This document shows positions 37,429 to 46,620 of a stretch of DNA of 64,000 nucleotides, in pieces. The notes under the pieces were generated by a model that made no database searches, had not been told where the DNA came from, and saw only the letters and a list, made by a program, of their open reading frames with translations. Each line of letters begins with the position of its first letter. Within the stretch, counting starts at the first letter, position 1. The DNA is taken from NCBI GenBank assembly GCA_963717145.1, contig OY970325.1, positions 3,936,001 to 4,000,000 on the forward strand, read 5' to 3'. A program made the position numbers and the translations under genes. Origin of the DNA: an uncultured Armatimonadetes bacterium. GTDB taxonomy: Bacteria; Armatimonadota; UBA5829; DTJY01.

Positions 37429-39801
37429 CTTCTGATGCTTCGTGCGGGCGATGATGTGGTCCTGCATGGCTCGGTCGAGGAGGCGGAACGGCTGGCTGAA
37501 TCCTGAGACGCGCACACAGAGGTTCGAATAGCGCTCGGGGTCCTCCTGGGCCGCGCGGAGTGATTCGGCGCTCACCACGTTGAACTGCAACTGCCCGACG
37601 CCGAGGTGGACCGCGCTCATCAGGAGGTCGGTGAACGCCTGCTTCCCACTGCCCGAGAGCAGACTCGGGTGCGCCTCCAGGATCGCCGAGCTGCTCGCGG
37701 CCACCAGATGGTGCGGTATCCGGCTGAGCGAGTTCACCACCGCCGTCAGGCCCTCCTGGTCGCGGCCCTGAACCGGGGACACGCTGTAGGCGAGCGGCTC
37801 TCCCGAGAGCCGGCCATCGGGCGATGCGCCGGTCGCTTGCCCCATCGCGAGCATCAGTGTGAACGTGAAGAGGTGGACGTGATAGCCCCCGCCGCTGGGC
37901 GTCCGATACCGGCCAAGGACCTCGCAGTACTGACGCGCCAGTTCCGCCGCATACTCGTCCGGGAGCGGCTCGTCGTTGCCGTACTTCGGGAGGCGATTCT
38001 TGAGGTACAGGCGCAGGTCCTCGCGACCCTCGAAGTTCGCCCTGAGCGCCTGAAGCATCTCGTCCGGGCTCGTATCAGTGCACTGTAGGGGCGTGCCTTG
38101 TGCCGCCCGAGACCGCCTGCCCACCTGGCGCTGTAGGGGCGTGCCTTGTGCCGCCTGGCGGGTGGTCTCGGGCGGCACAAGGCACGCCCCTACAGCGTTA
38201 TCATTGAAGACTGCGGTCTGGAGGGCGGCCAGGCTGTCGGCGACGTTCGGGATGCCCATCGCCGCGCTGGAGTGGTAGTTGTAGCGCGCGCCGCCCTCGA
38301 TGATGTCGAGGCCGTCCGAGACGCAGTCCTCGGTCAGCAGCGAGAGATACGGCAGCCGGAACTGGTCCCGGTGCGCGAGCTCGGCTGCATTCGAGCCGTA
38401 GACCGACCATTCGGCGAAGTAATCGAGCTGCTTCGAGTAGGCCGCGAGCACGTCATCCATCGAGCGGAAGTCTGCCAGCGTGCCGGTTTGTGGGCCGACC
38501 TGGACGTCGTCGAGCAGATCGCGGCCGTCGTTGAGCGCCAGTTCGAGGCACTTCGCCAGGTTGATCCAGTGGCTGACCGCGTGGGGATTCGCCTTGCCCG
38601 GGATCGTGATCTCGATGCAGCCGATCGCCGCGTAGTCGCGCGCGTCCTCGATCGGAATCCCCTTCGACACGAGCGCGGGGATGAGCGCCTCGTCGTTGAA
38701 GAAGAACGGAATGCCCCCGCCCTGCGCCACGAGATCGACGCACCGCGGGACGAACTCGCGCGGGCTGCCACCATGCAGGCGCGCGGAGAGGCATCGCACG
38801 AAGCCGAGCCCCTCGGTCACGTCGAGCACCAGGTAGCTGAGCGGATTGACCGCATCGCGGCCGTCGGCCTGTTGGCCCCCGATCATCATCTGCTGGACGT
38901 CGTAGGCCTGGTAGAGCTTGACCCATAGTGCCGCGAGCAGTTCGGCGGCCTGTTCCATGTCGAGCAGCCCTTCCGCGAGGTCCCGTTCGAGGTACGGCCA
39001 GAGGAACTGATCGATCCGCCCGATGCCGTTCGCGTTGACGCCGTCCTCCCAGACGGTGATCATGTGGGCGAACCAGAGCGACTGAATGGCCTCGCGGAAG
39101 GTCCGCGCGGGCTGTGCCGGGACGTGTTCGCATATCTCGGCGATCGTTTCCAATCCGCGACGCCTGGCCTCTTCCGCGTGACGCCTGCCGAGGGTGATCG
39201 CCGCATCGCATATCCTGAGCCAGGCAAGGAGATTCGCCCGCCTGTGTGGGCCGTCCGGATCCGTCGGAGAGAGAGAAGTAAGAGCGGCTTCGACCTCGGC
39301 CCGTATGCCCGAGAATCCGAGGCGCAGGACCTTCTCGTAGTCCCGAATGCTGTGGTTCAGTTCCGTGCCCCAAACCGAGATGACGCCGTGCTCCTGGGCT
39401 AGGGTGATCTCCGGCGGAGTCGGCGCGACCCCGGCTAGCTTCTGCCATGCGAACAGCGGCTGCTCGGTCCAGGAGAGGAAGCGGTCTCGCTCCTCGGCGG
39501 TCAGGTGGGATGTGATGTCCTGCCGCCAATCCTGCGGGATCTCAGGCGTGAACGGGATAGGGTAGCAGGGATTTCCGTGCTCGCCGGCGATCAGGTCGCC
39601 GTCGGTGATGCGAACCGGCATCCGCTCGATGACGTTCGCGAGCCCACGGGCGTTTCGGATCGGCAGGGATTGGCCCTCAGCCGCCAACCAGCCCTCGAGG
39701 TAGTAGTACGGGCAGTACCAGCGTCCGTGAAACAACTCCTCCGGCTGGGCGAGCATCCTCTCCCGCAGCCGTTCGATTCGCTCCGAGGGCTGATAGGTCA
39801 T
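37426..39801 (-). CDS. Glycyl-radical enzyme (pyruvate formate-lyase superfamily, PflD-like)
   Basis: GRIDQFLWPY, AAIGCIEI (Cys loop), PKYGND, GASPDGR, QLQFNVV, VRVSGFS (glycyl motif); carries an in-frame repeat-derived insert. Confidence 0.9.
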   Translation of the reverse strand: MTYQPSERIERLRERMLAQPEELFHGRWYCPYYYLEGWLAAEGQSLPIRNARGLANVIERMPVRITDGDLIAGEHGNPCYPIPFTPEIPQDWRQDITSHLTAEERDRFLSWTEQPLFAWQKLAGVAPTPPEITLAQEHGVISVWGTELNHSIRDYEKVLRLGFSGIRAEVEAALTSLSPTDPDGPHRRANLLAWLRICDAAITLGRRHAEEARRRGLETIAEICEHVPAQPARTFREAIQSLWFAHMITVWEDGVNANGIGRIDQFLWPYLERDLAEGLLDMEQAAELLAALWVKLYQAYDVQQMMIGGQQADGRDAVNPLSYLVLDVTEGLGFVRCLSARLHGGSPREFVPRCVDLVAQGGGIPFFFNDEALIPALVSKGIPIEDARDYAAIGCIEITIPGKANPHAVSHWINLAKCLELALNDGRDLLDDVQVGPQTGTLADFRSMDDVLAAYSKQLDYFAEWSVYGSNAAELAHRDQFRLPYLSLLTEDCVSDGLDIIEGGARYNYHSSAAMGIPNVADSLAALQTAVFNDNAVGACLVPPETTRQAAQGTPLQRQVGRRSRAAQGTPLQCTDTSPDEMLQALRANFEGREDLRLYLKNRLPKYGNDEPLPDEYAAELARQYCEVLGRYRTPSGGGYHVHLFTFTLMLAMGQATGASPDGRLSGEPLAYSVSPVQGRDQEGLTAVVNSLSRIPHHLVAASSSAILEAHPSLLSGSGKQAFTDLLMSAVHLGVGQLQFNVVSAESLRAAQEDPERYSNLCVRVSGFSQPFRLLDRAMQDHIIARTKHQK
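38083..38197. repeat. GTAG REP cluster inserted in frame within the glycyl-radical gene
   Basis: Two direct copies of CTGTAGGGGCGTGCCTTGTGCCGCC plus one inverted copy GGCGGCACAAGGCACGCCCCTACAG. Confidence 0.9.
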
Positions 39802-39825
39802 TCTCGGTCCCCATCGGGTGTTCGG

Positions 39826-39936
39826 GCGGATTTGTAATCCGGCCCGCATTGGCAATCCGGGGATCTGTGATCCCACGACCCGCCGGATGGCATCACAGAT
39901 GCCGGTTTGCCACCGGGTGCTGGATTGCAAATCCGC
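39826..39936. repeat. Palindromic element upstream of the glycyl-radical gene
   Basis: GCGGATTTGTAATCC...GGATTGCAAATCCGC outer arms with an inner ATCTGTGAT/ATCACAGAT stem. Confidence 0.6.
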
Positions 39937-39957
39937 ACCAACGTTGGGTCATTTCCG

Positions 39958-39990
39958 GTCCCCTTGGCGTTCTTGGCGTCTTGGCGGTTA
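39958..39990 (-). repeat. AACCGCCAAGACGCCAAG element, copy 2
   Basis: TAACCGCCAAGACGCCAAGAACGCCAAGGGGAC, 3 nt after the DUF1080 stop codon. Confidence 0.8.
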
Positions 39991-39993
39991 GCC

Positions 39994-40566
39994 CTAATCC
40001 GGCAGTTCGCGGATGTAGATGTCCTTGAACCAGAGCGGGTGATTGTGATGCTGAAGCTCGATCGTGCCGGTCTCGGGCAGGCCATTGATGCTGTTCATCT
40101 TCACATGATCGACCACCTGGACGCCGTTCTCGATCACCGTCACGTAGCCCTTCCTCATGATGATGATGAAGCTGTTCCACTCGCCTACCGGTTTGTCGAC
40201 GTTCAAGCGCGGCTCGTTCTTGTCGTTGTAGAGTCCCCCCGAGCCGATCGGATTGTCCCAGATCTGGACCTGCGGCTGGCCTCGGAGGTAGATCCCGCTG
40301 TCCCCGCCCTTGTCTATCTTCCAGTCGACCATCAGGATGAAGTTACGGTAGTCCTTCTCGGTCCGTAGCGAGTCGCCCTTGCCGTCATAGTTCAGGACGC
40401 CGTCGACGACCTTCCAGTGCTTCTCGATCTCGGCATCGTGCTTCCAGCCGCTTAGGTCCTTGCCATTGAAGAGCGGCTTGAACCACTCCGGGACCTTCTT
40501 GCCCGCGAGCGCGATCGAGCCGATGGTCAGCACGATCAGGGTAATCGCGAATGTGAGACGTTTCAT
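39994..40566 (-). CDS. DUF1080 (3-keto-disaccharide hydrolase-like) secreted protein
   Basis: LFNGKDLSGW, WKVVDG, DSGIYLRG, KPVGEWN, GTIELQHH...FKDIYIREL; SD AAGGAGG. Confidence 0.9.
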   Translation of the reverse strand: MKRLTFAITLIVLTIGSIALAGKKVPEWFKPLFNGKDLSGWKHDAEIEKHWKVVDGVLNYDGKGDSLRTEKDYRNFILMVDWKIDKGGDSGIYLRGQPQVQIWDNPIGSGGLYNDKNEPRLNVDKPVGEWNSFIIIMRKGYVTVIENGVQVVDHVKMNSINGLPETGTIELQHHNHPLWFKDIYIRELPD

Positions 40567-40626
40567 ACCGGAATCCTCCTTGTGATCGCTGATATCTGTT
40601 TCGACCCCATGTCGGAGGAAACCTGC

Positions 40627-40669
40627 AAAAACGCAGAAAACCGGCTGCCTCGGCCGGTTCTCTGCGTTT
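40627..40669 (-). terminator. Intrinsic terminator-like hairpin ~60 nt upstream of the DUF1080 start
   Basis: Minus strand AAACGCAGAGAACCGGC-loop-GCCGGTTTTCTGCGTTTTT. Confidence 0.6.
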
Positions 40670-40803
40670 ACGCTAGGACTGTATTTAGTTATGCAGCCTC
40701 GAGACGGGATCGATTCCAACCCCCCGTTGGCGCTAGCCATTGAACCAGCTTCCCGTCTCAGGCATCGCAGGCACTGCAAGCAACGCCTGCAATCATCTAA
40801 TCT

Positions 40804-40829
40804 GACGCCGGCCGCGCGCGGAAAGTTCC
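40804..40829 (-). promoter_or_regulatory. ECF-type promoter
   Basis: GGAACT-N16-CGTC on the minus strand. Confidence 0.55.
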
Positions 40830-40901
40830 TATGGCCGACGGTTTTTTGTCATACTCAGCGAAATTTTCCCCAACTGCGTGGACGTTTCGCTCATCACCCT
40901 C

Positions 40902-40930
40902 ATATTACCATGTGTGCGATCTGTGTCCAA
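40902..40930 (-). promoter_or_regulatory. Candidate sigma70 promoter
   Basis: TTGGAC-N17-TAATAT with extended -10 TG. Confidence 0.4.
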
Positions 40931-40983
40931 CTGTTAAGAATACCAGGTTTCGGTGGAATCGCATGAGGAATGACGCAGCCACG

Positions 40984-41014
40984 AAAAAAGAGCCTCACCT
41001 TGCGGTGAGGCTCT
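40984..41014 (-). terminator. Intrinsic terminator
   Basis: Minus strand AGAGCCTCACC-GCAA-GGTGAGGCTCT-TTTTT. Confidence 0.85.
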
Positions 41015-41133
41015 AAGAATGCCGGGTCGTCGGTGCTCGGGACCTTGCAACAACCAACGGCCCGGCTTGGGCAAGGAGGTATTGGAAAGGAGCAATCTGC
41101 ATCACTTGCGTTCTGCAGGTTTCCTACTTATGA

Positions 41134-41159
41134 TACGACGTGGCCGTGTCCAGAGTTCC
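41134..41159 (-). promoter_or_regulatory. Second ECF-type promoter
   Basis: GGAACT-N16-CGTA on the minus strand, ~120 nt upstream of the 40984-41014 terminator. Confidence 0.5.
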
Positions 41160-41221
41160 GTAATTGTCACACCTTTTTCACAGTATTTCAGGAAGGCGTC
41201 GGAGGTCGCAGGATAGTGTCC

Positions 41222-44200
41222 TCAGAGGGGATAGGTGAAGATGTCCGCTGCCGTTCGAGGAAGGACCACGCGCACGAGTCCGCAGTCCCCAGCGGCCATC
41301 GAGAGCACACCCGTCGCAATGGCGTAGTCGCCTTCCGGAGGAAGCGGGCTCAGAACGGACGAATCCACTCGGATGCCCGGCGTGGACGTGCAGTCGCGCA
41401 GCCCCGAACCATCATCCAGGTAGATGAACCCATCGCCAACGGAGCTTATGCGTCCCCAGACCGTCACCAGAAGACCCGGCGGGCAGCTCGATTCGATATC
41501 CCTGCTGAGAATGGTGACCGGACGCACATTGACGGTCTCGCCGGTCTTCCCGATGTGTTCTCCTGCGAGCGCGCGCTCGGAGAGCACCGTCGTCAGCCGA
41601 CCGCCGACCTGAACCACGTCGCCGACCCCGACGCCAAGGCCCTGAACCTTGATCGCGGACGACCGATCGAGCGCCTCGATGTAGAACCACGACCCGAAGA
41701 CTCCCGTGACCGCGCCTGACACGAGTATGCTTTCCCCGTCGCCCAACGTGCGGGCCACACCGATCGATGGAACCGTCACGAATGCCGGCTCGAATCGGAC
41801 CGAGTCGGCGAGGACGACATATCCCGAATCCGCAACATTGGTGAGCCGGACTGTGATGGTTTCACCCGCGGACAGTTCGCTTACGCCAAGCTGGTTCCAT
41901 TGGCCGCCGTCGATCTGCTGGTTGACGGTCGTGTTGTACTCATTCGGGCCGACGATGATGGAGTATCGGGCGGTCGTTGTACGGTTTGCCCCTGCCGACC
42001 ATCGCGCTTGGATCCTGTAGATGCCTGTCTCCGGTGCCTGCCGAGTCCAGTATGCCTTCGACGTTCCACTCGGACTGGCCATCGCATAGCGGTAGTCCGG
42101 GCCGTATGCGCCCGGAGTGACGTTACCGGTGGACCAGCCTCCCTCGACGCTGAACGCGGCATCGAGGTTGTCGACAATCACGGCATCATCGGCCCTGGTG
42201 ACGATGTAGATCGGCTCCGATTCGGCGCGCTGGCCGAACTCGTCTTCCGATGCGACATCGATCCGATAGACCACGCCGGGCGCGAGGCCCTCGAGCCTGA
42301 TGCGGTGCTGGAGAACTTGCTTGGCGTCGAAGTGGCTCTGGAGACCGTCCGGGCCGACCACCGCATACTCGAGCCTGCTGTCGGCCGGAAGGTTAGTCTT
42401 CCACCCGACATCAGCCGTTGTGGTGGTGACATCTGAGACTCCCGGATCGATTAGCCTCAGCGGACTTCGCAGATACTCCACGCACTGGTTGCCGAACCAG
42501 TCGGTCGCTCCGACTGCAATGGTGAGAGTGTCGGCCGGTTCGAACTGGATCTGCCAACGGTTCGGACCTGAGTGCGTGCAGTCCAGGCGCGAATATGAGC
42601 CGTCCGTGCCGAGTCGGGCCACAAACGGCTGAAGCTGGTAGATCTCCTCGTCGTATGAGAGGGTCACCGTGCGAATGCTCGCATCATCCTCGCTCGTGAC
42701 CTGGAGGTTCGGCGGAGTGACATCCGATCCGTCTCGCCATCGGAGCATGCACTCGCGGCCGGTGAGGTATTCGAACTCGACCATCGGGAGGCTGCCGTGC
42801 AGATCGGTCAGTCTGGCGTGAAGGGCATCGACCTGCTCCGGGAAATCGGTTTCCTTGAGGTGCGAGAAGAGCGTCATGAGCTGCGGTTCGCCGTCGAGCG
42901 CCTTGTAGAACGCATCTGTCAGCACGGCCGTCGTTGCGCTGCTGATAGACTCGCTCCTCGAATCCCACCCGCGGAGCGTCCCGGGCGACTGATAGTCGTT
43001 CGGATCGGGATGGTATGGCGTCCAATCCGACGGCGCACGTCGCCAGTCGTAGATGTTGCCGACAGGCTCCTCGGTCGTCGTGCGGTAGGCTGGCCAGTCG
43101 TTCTCGAACCGGTATGGGATCCAATCGTCCAGGTGGCGCTGCCAGAGGTTGTCCATGTAGTGCCAGCCGCTGCGGAACGATGACGGATAGAACCCCCGGT
43201 CGATCAGCATGTGGGCCATGGTGCAGTCGAAGTCCTCCATGCAGTAGCTGAAGTCGGGCGACTGGTTCCAGTGGAAGGCGCCGTCGGCATTCGGATCGTT
43301 CCAGATCCAGGTGTGGTAGTGGTAGGCCATCTCGTCGCCCCAGCGGTCGATCGAGTCGCCGTGATAGTCCTCCATCAGCTCGAACGGGAGGAGCGGCCCG
43401 GAGTCGGTTCCGGCTGCGTAGAGCGAGCCGGTCTGCATGTACCACGTGAACTTGATCGCGTTCCCGAGGCTGTCGCGGTGGGCGTCGCGGTATGACTCCG
43501 CCATGACGCGCGCGGCCTGGCCCTCGGGCGTCGTATAGGTGTTGTCGAGTTCCGGGAAATCGATGTAGCGGCTGGCGATATTGATCCCGCCGGTCGACGT
43601 GTCGGAGCAGACTTGGACGTATACCTTCGCGGGCGTTGCGTCTCCCGGCCTCGTGAAGACCAGGTCGTCCACGAAGAATGTGCTCGTGTGCGGCATGACG
43701 AAGTTGCCGATGCACGCGTATAACGGCGCGCGGAGGTAGGTCTGGGCGATGCTCGCGTCGGGAGCGGCGTGGCCGTCGAGGTACAGGTTCGTCGTGGAGC
43801 CGTCATAGGTGATTCGGAAGGAGTGCCACGCACCGTAGGACATCGGCTGGACGACGTTCGCGTACTTGCCGGAGACTGAATCGGGGACGTACAACTGCAC
43901 CCGTCCGCCGGGGAGGATGAAGATGATCGCCGCGACACCCGTGGACGAGTTCTGGACCGACCACGGGATCGCCTCGTCTCCCATCGACTCGATGAAGAGG
44001 TTGAAGGTACACGTGAATGTCTGATCCACGGTCCGCACGCCTGAACAGGTGTGGACCGCGCCCATCTCGTTGGCCGACGCGACCTTCAGGCTGTATGCGC
44101 CCGATGTCGAGCGCTCGTCGCTGATGCTGACGGACCCGGGCTGGACGTACGTCCACCTCGGGTCGGCAGTAAGATTGCCGTCGTCGAAGTCGTCGCGCTG

Positions 44201-44272
44201 GACGACGCTGTCGGCCCATGCCGACCCGCACAGGAGTATCAGTAGCAGTAGTATGGCGGCCGATGTCTTCAT
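41222..44272 (-). CDS. Large secreted multidomain protein (LamG-like, putative catalytic domain, FN3-like, golvesin/Xly CBD-like) with the shared C-terminal domain
   Basis: Signal peptide MKTSAAILLLLILLCGSAWA; WHSFRITYDG...LYLDG; VDNLDAAFSVEGGWS...YGPDYRY...NQQIDGGQWNQLG...ADSVRF; C-terminal GLLVTVWGRI...FIYLDDGSG...GIRV...ATGVLS. Confidence 0.78.
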   Translation of the reverse strand: MKTSAAILLLLILLCGSAWADSVVQRDDFDDGNLTADPRWTYVQPGSVSISDERSTSGAYSLKVASANEMGAVHTCSGVRTVDQTFTCTFNLFIESMGDEAIPWSVQNSSTGVAAIIFILPGGRVQLYVPDSVSGKYANVVQPMSYGAWHSFRITYDGSTTNLYLDGHAAPDASIAQTYLRAPLYACIGNFVMPHTSTFFVDDLVFTRPGDATPAKVYVQVCSDTSTGGINIASRYIDFPELDNTYTTPEGQAARVMAESYRDAHRDSLGNAIKFTWYMQTGSLYAAGTDSGPLLPFELMEDYHGDSIDRWGDEMAYHYHTWIWNDPNADGAFHWNQSPDFSYCMEDFDCTMAHMLIDRGFYPSSFRSGWHYMDNLWQRHLDDWIPYRFENDWPAYRTTTEEPVGNIYDWRRAPSDWTPYHPDPNDYQSPGTLRGWDSRSESISSATTAVLTDAFYKALDGEPQLMTLFSHLKETDFPEQVDALHARLTDLHGSLPMVEFEYLTGRECMLRWRDGSDVTPPNLQVTSEDDASIRTVTLSYDEEIYQLQPFVARLGTDGSYSRLDCTHSGPNRWQIQFEPADTLTIAVGATDWFGNQCVEYLRSPLRLIDPGVSDVTTTTADVGWKTNLPADSRLEYAVVGPDGLQSHFDAKQVLQHRIRLEGLAPGVVYRIDVASEDEFGQRAESEPIYIVTRADDAVIVDNLDAAFSVEGGWSTGNVTPGAYGPDYRYAMASPSGTSKAYWTRQAPETGIYRIQARWSAGANRTTTARYSIIVGPNEYNTTVNQQIDGGQWNQLGVSELSAGETITVRLTNVADSGYVVLADSVRFEPAFVTVPSIGVARTLGDGESILVSGAVTGVFGSWFYIEALDRSSAIKVQGLGVGVGDVVQVGGRLTTVLSERALAGEHIGKTGETVNVRPVTILSRDIESSCPPGLLVTVWGRISSVGDGFIYLDDGSGLRDCTSTPGIRVDSSVLSPLPPEGDYAIATGVLSMAAGDCGLVRVVLPRTAADIFTYPL

Positions 44273-44329
44273 GGCCGAATTCGCCTTTCGATCAACTTGG
44301 CTGCCGCGCGATACCATTATACCACATGA

Positions 44330-46121
44330 TCACTTCAGATCGACGTGGCCGATCGAATGAGGCTCGAGACGGAGAGTCTGCTTCCAGGAAGAGGGGACAC
44401 CAGTGCGGCCGCCTTTCGGGAAGTCCGAGGGGTGGAGGTCGATCTTGAGATCAACCGGCTCGGTCGCAGGAGTTCAGGTAGAGAATCCGGTCGGCGAAGA
44501 GAGTTGCGGTCACATTGGGCGTTGGCGTGTCGATGATGTGAGGCATGTCCAGCGTGAGGAGAGCGTCCTGAAGTCCCTTCCGGTCGACCTCGATCACTCG
44601 ATCCTTGAACCGTGCGACGATGCGGTCCCATGCCGAACGGTCACCTTCAACCGTCTCGATGGTGCTCATTCCCTGGTGGAAGAGGACACCTCCGCCCTTG
44701 ATCCACTTCTCCAGTGCCTCCAGAGTCGAGTTCTCCATGATCCGCCCATCACAGATCACGAGGGCCTTATATCGGCTCAGTGCGCCGTCACGGATCATGC
44801 GCTCATCAATGAGATTGTAGTCGAATGATGAGCGGCATGACTCGGCCAAATGATACGTCTTCTGCGGCCAGTCCTCGTTTCGGAGGCGGTGCTCGGTCGT
44901 CGGGAAGAAGAACGCGACATCGACGATCGCCTGATTGCCGTCGAGGTACTTCCCGTACTGGGCGAAGAGGTCCTTCGCGCCGAGGAGATTCTGCGGGTAG
45001 TCGAAGTACGTCTGAGTGCCGCATGAGGCGTCCGACCAGATGCGGTTCACCTCCGCATTGCGGTCCATTCCGCCGGGCGGCTCCGTGAAGTACGGCACGC
45101 TGTAGAAGTGGCATGGACTGGAGAGGCTTTTCATCGCGAAATAGGGGATGTTGCCGGGCGTCTGGCAGGCGACCTTCAGCTCTTTGCAGAGCTTCGCAAT
45201 CCCGACGTCGTCGTTCCCGTAGACGGGGTTCTGCGAGCCGTAACCCATGCTGACGATGATCTCCTTGCCGGGGAAGTACTTGCGCACGATGCCGACCGCC
45301 TTCCGCACGAACTCGGCTTGGCTGTCGTAGTACCAGCCGACGAAATCGAGGATCCATCTGCGCTCGCCCGGCGTCATCTCCGTCGGATCCTTGAGGTTTT
45401 CGCGGGCCTTCGCCATATCCGGAAACTGGATGATCTCGAAGTACGCGAAACTCGTGCCCCATGCCTTATTGAGCGCCTTTATGTCCCCATAGCGCTTTGC
45501 CATCCGAGCCCTGAAGTCTTCCCGTGCATAGTAATCGTTGCACCAGTAGCCGGGGTGGACGTGCTCCTGCTTGACGAGCCAGTTCGTCATGCCGTTCGGG
45601 TAGCCGATCTCGCCGTATTCCGAGGGAGTGGCGAGCCGGATGAAGTCGATCTTATCGCCGAAATGGGCCGCGAGTTCCCGGTAGAAGCGATCGTAGGCAT
45701 TGAGGGTCTGCGGCGCCCAGAGCGACATCTGCTTGACCGGCTGGTTATGCTCGACGCACTTGTAAGGCGTGTATGGAAGCCATTTCGGCGGGAAGTGAAG
45801 CCAGCAGAAGACGTTATACCTGAGGCCGTTCTCGTGCAGGACCCTCTCGTTCTTGTCATAGATGCTCCAGTCCCACTCGTTGCAGTCCTTCTCGACCAGA
45901 CACAAGCCGATGTAGTCGCACACGGCGCTGACTCCGACCCCCTTCATCTGGTCGCAGAACTCAGGCGTGGCGAAGTCGCCGGCGGAGGGTTTGCCGGTCC
46001 CCCAGTACTCCTGGAACTGGCCGACACTGAGGTTGCCGGTATAGAAGCGGATTCCTGCATCGGCGGCAGAGAGCGACGTGAGCAGCATCAGCGGGACCAG
46101 AATCAATGCGGCATGTGACAT
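44330..46121 (-). CDS. GH14/GH42-like (beta-amylase/beta-galactosidase fold) glycoside hydrolase; probable frameshift near 44466
   Basis: WDWSIYD, HFPPKWL, EYGEIGYP, LNKAWGT, trimerisation-like C-terminal part. The ORF stops at 44451, but another frame continues TEPVDLKIDL...LEPHSIGHVDLK* to 44330 (span 3n+1). Confidence 0.72.
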
Positions 46122-46398
46122 GGAGTGCCTCCATCGAGTCAGTCATCAGTATATCAGTTGGCCGGCGGGTTCGAGGTTTCATCCCTGAAATCCGAAAAAA
46201 CCTCTGGAACCATCGCCGCGTTCCCGTCGTCAAATACGTGGGAAAACCGAATAGCGCATGCGTCGGATTACCATACTTGCAGCGGACAATCCATACCAGC
46301 AATCATCTTGTCCCAGCAATCCGACCTCCTTCCGTCTATGCCCCAGTCGCCTCCTCCTTTGCCGGCTGGGGCATTCTTTTGCCTCCTCCCACTGCCCA

Positions 46399-46534
46399 GT
46401 AAGAGTTCACGATTGTTGATAATGCAGCCTGGCGGATGTCATTCTGAACGCAGTGAAGAATCTGGCTTGCGCAGGGGCCAGATTCTTCACTGCGTTCAGA
46501 ATGACATCCGCTATCCAGGATCGTGAACTCTTGC
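46399..46534. mobile_element. MITE-like palindromic element (TGTCATTCTGAACGCAGTGAAGAATC family), copy 1
   Basis: Terminal IR GTAAGAGTTCACGAT/ATCGTGAACTCTTGC around a perfect inner palindrome; second copy 56239-56367; collapsed remnant 59577-59610. Confidence 0.7.
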
Positions 46535-46557
46535 GCTGCCAACTTTCCTTTGACGCA

Positions 46558-46590
46558 AAGAAGGCGGTCCGCATCGCGGACCGCCTTCTT
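46558..46590. terminator. Terminator-like hairpin downstream of 46621-50913
   Basis: AAGAAGGCGGTCCGC-ATC-GCGGACCGCCTTCTT. Confidence 0.7.
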
Positions 46591-46620
46591 CTTCAGTGCG
46601 TGGTATTCGTGTTATTCGCG

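Noticed and set aside
37396-39990. Composite transposon or integrated element carrying the glycyl-radical gene
   Set aside because: The flanking direct repeats belong to a dispersed family also found in queC; no transposase or integrase is present.
40690-40775. tRNA, tmRNA, SRP or RNase P RNA
   Set aside because: No cloverleaf with T-loop and CCA, no tag reading frame, no SRP or RNase P signature; retained only as an unassigned structured-RNA candidate.
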